From Eledone cirrhosa (Eukaryota), in assembly GCA_964016885.1 (NCBI GenBank), contig OZ024743.1:98890001-98954000 (forward strand): a stretch of 64,000 nucleotides of DNA, read 5' to 3'. Position numbers and translations under genes: made by a program. The number at the start of each line of letters is the position of its first letter. The stretch's first letter is position 1. Positions 1 to 11,690 of the stretch are shown here, in pieces. The notes below the pieces were generated by a model that was not told the origin of the DNA, searched no databases, and saw only the letters and a program-made list of their open reading frames with translations.

Positions 1-1323
1 CATCATACATCAACTACCTTCTGCTCTACAATCTCTCCTGTTTACAGCATACACCAACTATCTTCTGTTCTACAATCTCTCCTGTTTACAGCATACATCA
101 ACTACCTTCTGCACTACAATCTCTCCTGTTTACAGCATACACCAACTATCTTCTGCTCTACAATCTCCCCTGTTTACAGCATACATCAACTTCCTTCTGC
201 TCTACAATCTCTCCGGTTTACAACATACACCAACTATCTTCTGCTCTACAACCTCTCCTGTTTACAACATACATCAACTACCTTCTGGTCTACAATCTTT
301 CCTGTTTACAGCATACATCAACTACCTTCTGCTCTACAATCTCTCCTGTTTACAACATACATCAACTACCTGCTGCTCTACAATCCCCCCTCTTTACATC
401 ATACATCATCTACCTTCTGCTCTACAATCTCTCCTGTTTACAGCATACATCAACTACCTTCTGCTCTACAATCTCTCCTGTTTACAGCATACATCAACTA
501 ACTTCTGCTCTACAATCTCTCCTCTTTACAGCATACATCAACTACCTACTGCTCTACAATCTCTCCTGTTTACAGCATACATCAACTATCTTCTGCTCTA
601 CAATCTCTCCTCTTTACAGCATACATCAACTACCTACTGCTCTACAATCTCTCCTGTTTACAGCATACATCAACTACCTCCTGCTCTACAATCTCTCCTG
701 TTTACAACATACATCAACTACCTTCTGCTCTACAATCTCTCCTGTTTACAGCATACATCAACTACCTTCAGCTCTACAATCTCTCCTGTTTACAGCATAC
801 ATCAACTCCCTTCTGCTCTACAATCTCTCCTGTTTACAGCATACATCAACTCCCTTCTGCTCTACAATCTCTCCTCTTTACAGCATACATCAACTACCTT
901 CTGCTCTACAATCTTTCCTATTTACAGCATACATCAACTACCTTCTGCTCTACAATCTCTCCTGTTTACATAATACATCAACTACCTTCTGCTCTACAAT
1001 CTCTCCTGTTTACAGCATACACCAACTATCTTCTGTTCTACAATCTCTCCTGTTTACAGCATACATCAACTACCTTCTGCTCTACAATCTCTCCTGTTTA
1101 CAGCATACACCAACTATCTTCTGCTCTACAATCTCCCCTGTTTACAGCATACATCAACTTCCTTCTGCTCTACAATCTCTCCGGTTTACAACATACACCA
1201 ACTATCTTCTGCTCTACAACCTCTCCTGTTTACAACATACATCAACTACCTTCTGCTCTACAATCTTTCCTGTTTACAGCATACATCAACTACCTTCTGC
1301 TCTACAATCTCTCTGGTTTACAA

Positions 1324-1350
1324 CATACACCAACTATCTCCTGTTTACAA
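1324..1350. repeat. 27-bp deletion monomer CATACACCAACTATCTCCTGTTTACAA (first of 21 copies)
   Basis: Copies near 1324, 3903, 6702, 10117, 12344, 15589, 16848, 20263, 22490, 25735, 28094, 30409, 35672, 42959, 45537, 47280, 52585, 55867, 58359, 60322 and 61624. Each is preceded by a CCGGTTT or CTGGTTT monomer. Confidence 0.92.
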
Positions 1351-1899
1351 CATACATCAACTACCTTCTGCTCTACAATCTTTCCTGTTTACAGCATACA
1401 TCAACTACCTGCTGCTCTACAATCCCCCCTCTTTACAGCATACATCAACTACCTTCTGCTCTACAATCTCTGCTGTTTACAGCATACATCAACTACCTTC
1501 TGCTCTACAATCTCCCCTGTTTACAGCATACATCAACTACCTTCTGCTCTACAATCTCACCTGTTTACAGCATACATCAACTACCTTCTGCTCTACAATC
1601 TCTCCTCTTTACAGCATACATCAACTACCTACTGCTCTACAATCTCTCCTGTTTACAGCATACATCAACTATCTTCTGCTCTACAATCTCTCTTCTTTAC
1701 AGCATACATCAACTACCTACTGCTCTACAATCTCTCCTGTTTACAGCATACATCAACTATCTTCTGCTCTACAATCTCTCCTGTTTACAGCATACATCAA
1801 CTACCTTCTGCTCTACAATCTCTCCTCTTTACAGCATACATCAACTACCTTCTGCTCTACAATCTCTCCTGTTTACAGCATACATCAACTAACTTCTGC

Positions 1900-3700
1900 T
1901 CTACAATCTCTCCTCTTTACAGCATACATCAACTACCTACTGCTCTACAATCTCTCCTGTTTACAGCATACATCAACAATCTTCTGCTCTACAATCTCTC
2001 CTGTTTACAGCATACATCAACTACCTTCTGCTCTACAATCTCGCCTCTTTACAGCATACATCAACTACCTTCTGCTCTACAATCTCTCCTCTTTACAGCA
2101 TACATCAACTACCTACTGCTCTACAATCTCTCCTGTTTACAGCATACATCAACTATCTTCTGCTCTACAATCTCTCCTGTTTACAACATACATAAACTAC
2201 CTTCTGCTGTACAATCTCTCCTCTTTACAGCATACATCAACTACCTTCTGCTCTACAATCTCTCCTCTTTACAGCATACATCAACTACCTTCTGCTCTAC
2301 AATCTCTCCTGTTTACAGCATACATCAACTACCTTCTGCTCTACAATCTCTCCTCTTTACAACATACATCAACTACCTGCTGCTCTACAATCCCCCCTCT
2401 TTACAGCATACATCAACTAACTTCTGCTCTACAATCTCTCCTGTTTACAGCATACATCAACTACCTTCTTCTCTACAATCTCTCCTCTTTACAACATACA
2501 TCAACTACCTGCTGCTCTACAATCCCCCCTCTTTACATCATACATCATCTACCTTCTGCTCTACAATCTCTCCTGTTTACAGCATACATCAACTACCTTC
2601 TGCTCTACAATCTCTCCTGTTTACAGCATACATCAACTAACTTCTGCTCTACAATCTCTCCTCTTTACAGCATACATCAACTACCTACTGCTCTACAATC
2701 TCTCCTGTTTACAGCATACATCAACTACCTACTGCTCTACAATCTCTCCTGTTTACAGCATACATCAACAATCTTCTGCTCTACAATCTCTCCTGTTTAC
2801 AGCATACATCAACTACCTTCTGCTCTACAATCTCGCCTCTTTACAGCATACATCAACTACCTTCTGCTCTACAATCTCTCCTCTTTACAGCATACATCAA
2901 CTACCTACTGCTCTACAATCTCTCCTGTTTACAGCATACATCAACTATCTTCTGCTCTACAATCTCTCCTGTTTACAACATACATAAACTACCTTCTGCT
3001 GTACAATCTCTCCTCTTTACAGCATACATCAACTACCTTCTGCTCTACAATCTCTCCTCTTTACAGCATACATCAACTACCTTCTGCTCTACAATCTCTC
3101 CTGTTTACAGCATACATCAACTACCTTCTGCTCTACAATCTCTCCTCTTTACAACATACATCAACTACCTGCTGCTCTACAATCCCCCCTCTTTACAGCA
3201 TACATCAACTAACTTCTGCTCTACAATCTCTCCTGTTTACAGCATACATCAACTACCTTCTTCTCTACAATCTCTCCTCTTTACAACATACATCAACTAC
3301 CTGCTGCTCTACAATCCCCCCTCTGTACATCATACATCATCTACCTTCTGCTCTACAATCTCTCCTGTTTACAGCATACATCAAATACCTTCTGCTCTAC
3401 AATCTCTCCTGTTTACAGCATACATCAACTAATTTCTGCTCTACAATCTCTCCTCTTTACAGCATACATCAACTACCTACTGCTCTACAATCTCTCCTGT
3501 TTACTGCATACATCAACTATCTTCTGCTCTACAATCTCTCCTCTTTACAGCATACATCAACTACCTACTGCTCTACAATCTCTCCTGTTTACAGCATACA
3601 TCAACTACCTCCTGCTCTACAATCTCTCCTGTTTACAACATACATCAACTACCTTCTGCTCTACAATCTCTCCTGTTTAAAGCATACATCAACTACCTTC
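1900..3700. repeat. Local duplication with 792-bp (18-monomer) offset
   Basis: CAACAAT at 1974/2766 is followed in both copies by the same order of rare variants (TCGCC, CATAAAC..GCTGTAC, CTAAC, CTTCTTCTC, CATCATCT). Confidence 0.8.
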
Positions 3701-4650
3701 TGCTCTACAATCTCTCCTGTTTACAGCATACATCAACTCCCTTCTGCTCTACAATCTCTCCTGTTTACAGCATACATCAACTCCCTTCTGCTCTACAATC
3801 TCTCCTCTTTACAGCATACATCAACTACCTTCTGCTCTACAATCTTTCCTATTTACAGCATACATCAACTACCTTCTGCTCTACAATCTCTCCGGTTTAC
3901 AACATACACCAACTATCTCCTGTTTACAACATACATCAACTACCTTCTGCTCTACAATCTTTCCTGTTTACAGCATACATCAACTACCTGCTGCTCTACA
4001 ATCCCCCCTCTTTACAGCATACATCAACTACCTTCTGCTCTACAATCTCTGCTGTTTACAGCATACATCAACTACCTTCTGCTCTACAATCTCCCCTGTT
4101 TACAACATACATCAACTACCTTCTGCTCTACAATCTCTCCTGTTTACAGCATACATCAACTACCTTCTGCTCTACAATCTCTAGTCTTTACAGCATACAT
4201 CAACTACCTACTGCTCTACAATCTCTCCTGTTTACAGCATACATCAACTATCTTCTGCTCTACAATCTCTCCTCTTTACAGCATACATCAACTACCTACT
4301 GCTCTACAATCTCTCCTGTTTACAGCATACATCAACTATCTTCTGCTCTACAATCTCTCCTGTTTACAGCATACATCAACTACCTTCTGCTCTACAATCT
4401 CTCCTCTTTACAGCATACATCAACTACCTTCTGCTCTACAATCTCTCCTGTTTATAGCATACATCAACTACCTTCTGCTCTACAATCTCTCCTCTTTACA
4501 GCATACATCAACTACCTACTGCTCTACAATCTCTACTGTTTACAGCATACATCAACTATCTTCTGCTCTACAATCTCTCCTCTTTACAGCATACATCAAC
4601 TACCTACTGCTCTACAATCTCTCCTGTTTACAGCATACATCAACTATCTT

Positions 4651-7600
4651 CTGCTCTACAATCTCTCCTGTTTACAGCATACATCAACTATCTTCTGCTC
4701 TACAATCTCTCCTCTTTACAGCATACATCAACTACCTACTGCTCTACAATCTCTCCTGTTTACAGCATACATCAACTATCATCTGCTCTACAATCTCTCC
4801 TGTTTACAGCATACATCAACTACCTACTGCTCTACAATCTCTCCTGTTTACAGCATACATCAACTATCTTCTGCTCTACAATCTCTCCTGTTTACAGCAT
4901 ACATCAACTACCTTCTGCTCTACAATCTCTCCTCTTTACAGCATACATCAACTACCTTCTGCTGTACAATCTCTCCTCTTTACAGCATACATCAACTACC
5001 TTCTGTTCTACAATCTCTCCTCTTTACAGCATATATCAACTACCTTCTGCTCTACAACCTCTCCTGTTTACAGCATACATCAACTACCTTCTGTTCTACA
5101 ATCTCTCCTGTTTACAGCATACATCAACTACCTTCTGTTCTACAATCTCTACTGTTTACAACATACATCAACTATCTTCTGTTCTACAATCTCTCCTGTT
5201 TACAACATACATCAACTACCTTCTGTTCTACAATCTCTACTGTTTACAACATACATCAACTATCTTCTGTTCTACAATCTCTCCTCTTTACAGCATACAT
5301 CAACTACCTTCTGCTCTACAATCTCTCCTGTTTACAGCATACATAAACTACCTTCTGCTCTACAATCTCTCCTGTTTACAACATACATAAACTACCTTCT
5401 GCTGTACAATCTCTCCTCTTTACAGCATACATCAACTACCTTCTGCTCTACAATCTCTCCTCTTTACAGCATACATCAACTACCTTCTGCTCTACAATCT
5501 CTCCTGTTTACAGCATACATCAACTACCTTCTGCTCTACAATCTCTCCTCTTTACAACATACATCAACTACCTGCTGCTCTACAATCCCCCCTCTTTACA
5601 GCATACATCAACTACCTTCTGCTCTACAATCTCTCCTGTTTACGGCATACATCAACTACCTTCTGCTCTACAATCTCTCCTCTTTACAACATACATCAAC
5701 TACCTGCTGCTCTACAATCCCCCCTCTTTACATCATACATCATCTACCTTCTGCTCTACAATCTCTCCTGTTTACAGCATACATCAACTAACTTCTGCTC
5801 TACAATCTCTCCTCTTTACAGCATACATCAACTACCTACTGCTCTACAATCTCTCCTGTTTACAGCATACATCAACTATCTTCTGCTCTACAATCTCTCC
5901 TCTTTACAGCATACATCAACTACCTACTGCTCTACAATCTCTCCTGTTTACAGCATACATCAACTACCTCCTGCTCTACAATCTCTCCTCTTTACAACAT
6001 ACATCAACTACCTTCTGCTCTACAATCTCTCCTGTTTACAGCATACATCAACTACCTTCTGCTCTACAATCTCTCCTGTTTACAGCATACATCAACTCCC
6101 TTCTGCTCTACAATCTCTCCTGTTTACAGCATACATCAACTCCCTTCTGCTCTACAATCTCTCTTCTTTACAGCATACATCAACTACCTTCTGCTCTACA
6201 ATCTTTCCTATTTACAGCATACATCAACTACCTTCTGCTCTACAATCTCTCCTGTTTACATCATACATCAACTACCTTCTGCTCTACAATCTCTCCTGTT
6301 TACAGCATACACCAACTATCTTCTGTTCTACAATCTCTCCTGTTTACAACATACATCAACTACCTCCTGCTCTACAATCTCTCCTGTTTACAACATACAT
6401 CAACTATGTTCTGCTCTACAATCTTTCCTGTTTACAGCATACATCAACTACCTTCTGCTCTACAATCTCTCCTGTTTACAGCATACACCAACTATCTTCT
6501 GCTCTACAATCTCCCCTGTTTACAGCATACATCAACTTCCTTCTGCTCTACAATCTCTCCGGTTTACAACATACACCAACTATCTTCTGCTCTACAACCT
6601 CTCCTGTTTACAACATACATCAACTACCTTCTGCTCTACAATCTTTCCTGTTTACAGCATACATCAACTACCTTCTGCTCTACAATCTCTCTGGTTTACA
6701 ACATACACCAACTATCTCCTGTTTACAACATACATCAACTACCTTCTGCTCTACAATCTTTCCTGTTTACAGCATACATCAACTACCTGCTGCTCTACAA
6801 TCCCCCCTCTTTACAGCATACATCAACTACCTTCTGCTCTACAATCTCTGCTGTTTACAGCATACATCAACTACCTTCTGCTCTACAATCTCCCCTGTTT
6901 ACAGCATACATCAACTACCTTCTGCTCTACAATCTCTCCTCTTTACAGCATACATCAACTACCTACTGCTCTACAATCTCTCCTGTTTACAGCATACATC
7001 AACTATCTTCTGCTCTACAATCTCTCCTGTTTACAGCATACATCAACTACCTTCTGCTCTACAATCTCTCCTCTTTACAGCATACATCAACTACCTACTG
7101 CTCTACAATCTCTCCTGTTTACAGCATACATCAACTATCTTCTGCTCTACAATCTCTCCTCTTTACAGCATACATCAACTACCTACTGCTCTACAATCTC
7201 TCCTGTTTACAGCATACATCAACAATCTTCTGCTCTACAATCTCTCCTGTTTACAGCATACATCAACTACCTTCTGCTCTACAATCTCGCCTCTTTACAG
7301 CATACATCAACTACCTTCTGCTCTACAATCTCTCCTCTTTACAGCATACATCAACTACCTACTGCTCTACAATCTCTCCTGTTTACAGCATACATCAACT
7401 ATCTTCTGCTCTACAATCTCTCCTGTTTACTACATACATAAACTACCTTCTGCTGTACAATCTCTCCTCTTTACAGCATACATCAACTACCTTCTGCTCT
7501 ACAATCTCTCCTCTTTACAGCATACATCAACTACCTTCTGCTCTACAATCTCTCCTGTTTACAGCATACATCAACTACCTTCTGCTCTACGATCTCTCCT

Positions 7601-10600
7601 CTTTACAACATACATCAACTACCTGCTGCTCTACAATCCCCCTTCTTTACAGCATACATCAACTAACTTCTGCTCTACAATCTCTCCTGTTTACAGCATA
7701 CATCAACTACCTTCTTCTCTACAATCTCTCCTCTTTACAACATACATCAACTACCTGCTGCTCTACAATCCCCCCTCTTTACATCATACATCATCTACCT
7801 TCTGCTCTACAATCTCTCCTGTTTACAGCATACATCAACTACCTTCTTCTCTACAATCTCTCCTCTTTACAACATACATCAACTACCTTCTGCTCTACAA
7901 TCTCTCCTCTTTACATCATACATCATCTACCTTCTGCTCTACAATCTCTCCTGTTTACAGCATACATCAACTACCTTCTGCTCTACAATCTCTCCTGTTT
8001 ACAGCATACATCAACTAACTTCTGCTCTACAATCTCTCCTCTTTACAGCATACATCAACTACCTACTGCTCTACAATCTCTCCTGTTTACAGCATACATC
8101 AACTATCTTCTGCTCTACAATCTCTCCTCTTTACAGCATACATCAACTACCTACTGCTCTACAATCTCTCCTGTTTACAGCATACATCAACTATCATCTG
8201 CTCTACAATCTCTCCTGTTTACAGCATACATCAACTACCTACTGCTCTACAATCTCTCCTGTTTACAGCATACATCAACTATCTTCTGCTCTACAATCTC
8301 TCCTGTTTACAGCATACATCAACTACCTTCTGCTCTACAATCTCTCCTCTTTACAGCATACATCAACTACCTTCTGCTGTACAATCTCTCCTCTTTACAG
8401 CATACATCAACTACCTTCTTTTCTACAATCTCTCCTCTTTACAGCATATATCAACTACCTTCTGCTCTACAACCTCTCCTGTTTACAGCATACATCAACT
8501 ACCTTCTGTTCTACAATCTCTCCTGTTTACAGCATACATCAACTACCTTCTGTTCTACAATCTCTACTGTTTACAACATACATCAACTATCTTCTGTTCT
8601 ACAATCTCTCCTGTTTACAACATACATCAACTACCTTCTGTTCTACAATCTCTACTGTTTACAACATACATCAACTATCTTCTGTTCTACAATCTCTCCT
8701 CTTTACAGCATACATCAACTACCTTCTGCTCTACAATCTCTCCTGTTTACAGCATACATAAACTACCTTCTGCTCTACAATCTCTCCTGTTTACAACATA
8801 CATAAACTACCTTCTGCTGTACAATCTCTCCTCTTTACAGCATACATCAACTACCTTCTGCTCTACAATCTCTCCTCTTTACAGCATACATCAACTACCT
8901 TCTGCTCTACAATCTCTCCTGTTTACAGCATACATCAACTACCTTCTGCTCTACAATCTCTCCTCTTTACAACATACATCAACTACCTGCTGCTCTACAA
9001 TCCCCCCTCTTTACAGCATACATCAACTACCTTCTGCTCTACAATCTCTCCTGTTTACGGCATACATCAACTACCTTCTGCTCTACAATCTCTCCTCTTT
9101 ACAACATACATCAACTACCTGCTGCTCTACAATCCCCCCTCTTTACATCATACATCATCTACCTTCTGCTCTACAATCTCTCCTGTTTACAGCATACATC
9201 AACTAACTTCTGCTCTACAATCTCTCCTCTTTACAGCATACATCAACTACCTACTGCTCTACAATCTCTCCTGTTTACAGCATACATCAACTATCTTCTG
9301 CTCTACAATCTCTCCTCTTTACAGCATACATCAACTACCTACTGCTCTACAATCTCTCCTGTTTACAGCATACACCAACTATCTTCTGCTCTACAATCTC
9401 TCCTCTTTACAACATACATCAACTACCTTCTGCTCTACAATCTCTCCTGTTTACAGCATACATCAACTACCTTCTGCTCTACAATCTCTCCTGTTTACAG
9501 CATACATCAACTCCCTTCTGCTCTACAATCTCTCCTGTTTACAGCATACATCAACTCCCTTCTGCTCTACAATCTCTCTTCTTTACAGCATACATCAACT
9601 ACCTTCTGCTCTACAATCTTTCCTATTTACAGCATACATCAACTACCTTCTGCTCTACAATCTCTCCTGTTTACATCATACATCAACTACCTTCTGCTCT
9701 ACAATCTCTCCTGTTTACAGCATACACCAACTATCTTCTGTTCTACAATCTCTCCTGTTTACAACATACATCAACTACCTCCTGCTCTACAATCTCTCCT
9801 GTTTACAACATACATCAACTATGTTCTGCTCTACAATCTTTCCTGTTTACAGCATACATCAACTACCTTCTGCTCTACAATCTCTCCTGTTTACAGCATA
9901 CACCAACTATCTTCTGCTCTACAATCTCCCCTGTTTACAGCATACATCAACTTCCTTCTGCTCTACAATCTCTCCGGTTTACAACATACACCAACTATCT
10001 TCTGCTCTACAACCTCTCCTGTTTACAACATACATCAACTACCTTCTGCTCTACAATCTTTCCTGTTTACAGCATACATCAACTACCTTCTGCTCTACAA
10101 TCTCTCTGGTTTACAACATACACCAACTATCTCCTGTTTACAACATACATCAACTACCTTCTGCTCTACAATCTTTCCTGTTTACAGCATACATCAACTA
10201 CCTGCTGCTCTACAATCCCCCCTCTTTACAGCATACATAAACTACCTTCTGCTCTACAATCTCTGCTGTTTACAGCATACATCAACTACCTTCTGCTCTA
10301 CAATCTCCCCTGTTTACAGCATACATCAACTACCTTCTGCTCTACAATCTCTCCTCTTTACAGCATACATCAACTACCTACTGCTCTACAATCTCTCCTG
10401 TTTACAGCATACATCAACTATCTCCTGCTCTACAATCTCTCCTGTTTACAGCATACATCAACTACCTTCTGCTCTACAATCTCTCCTCTTTACAGCATAC
10501 ATCAACTACCTTCTGCTCTACAATCTCTCCTGTTTACAGCATACATCAACTACCTTCTGCTCTACAATCTCTCCTCTTTACAGCATACATCAACTACCTA

Positions 10601-11690
10601 CTGCTCTACAATCTCTCCTGTTTACAGCATACATCAACTATCTTCTGCTCTACAATCTCTCCTCTTTACAGCATACATCAACTACCTACTGCTCTACAAT
10701 CTCTCCTGTTTACAGCATACATCAACAATCTTCTGCTCTACAATCTCTCCTGTTTACAGCATACATCAACTACCTTCTGCTCTACAATCTCGCCTCTTTA
10801 CAGCATACATCAACTACCTTCTGCTCTACAATCTCTCCTCTTTACAGCATACATCAACTACCTACTGCTCTACAATCTCTCCTGTTTACAGCATACATCA
10901 ACTATCTTCTGCTCTACAATCTCTCCTGTTTACAACATACATAAACTACCTTCTGCTGTACAATCTCTCCTCTTTACAGCATACATCAACTACCTTCTGC
11001 TCTACAATCTCTCCTCTTTACAGCATACATCAACTACCTTCTGCTCTACAATCTCTCCTGTTTACAGCATACATCAACTACCTTCTGCTCTACGATCTCT
11101 CCTCTTTACAACATACATCAACTACCTGCTGCTCTACAATCCCCCTTCTTTACAGCATACATCAACTAACTTCTGCTCTACAATCTCTCATGTTTACAGC
11201 ATACATCAACTACCTTCTTCTCTACAATCTCTCCTCTTTACAACATACATCAACTACCTGCTGCTCTACAATCCCCCCTCTTTACATCATACATCATCTA
11301 CCTTCTGCTCTACAATCTCTCCTGTTTACAGCATACATCAACTACCTTCTTCTCTACAATCTCTCCTCTTTACAACATACATCAACTACCTTCTGCTCTA
11401 CAATCTCTCCTCTTTACATCATACATCATCTACCTTCTGCTCTACAATCTCTCCTGTTTACAGCATACATCAACTACCTTCTGCTCTACAATCTCTCCTG
11501 TTTACAGCATACATCAACTAACTTCTGCTCTACAATCTCTCCTCTTTACAGCATACATCAACTACCTACTGCTCTACAATCTCTCCTGTTTACAGCATAC
11601 ATCAACTATCTTCTGCTCTACAATCTCTCCTCTTTACAGCATACATCAACTACCTACTGCTCTACAATCTCTCCTGTTTACAGCATACAT
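4651..11690. repeat. Older ~3.4-3.5-kb tandem duplication overlapping the 10.1-kb unit
   Basis: Markers recur at +3415 (=77x44+27): CTATCATCTG 4776/8191 and the ATG variant 6406/9821. Further on they recur at +3503 (two extra monomers): AACAATC 7221/10724. Several single-base differences separate the copies. Confidence 0.85.

Noticed and set aside
373-396. G-quadruplex or i-motif from CCCCCC variant monomers
   Set aside because: There is only one C6 run per variant monomer and runs are at least 88 bp apart, so no four closely spaced tracts exist.
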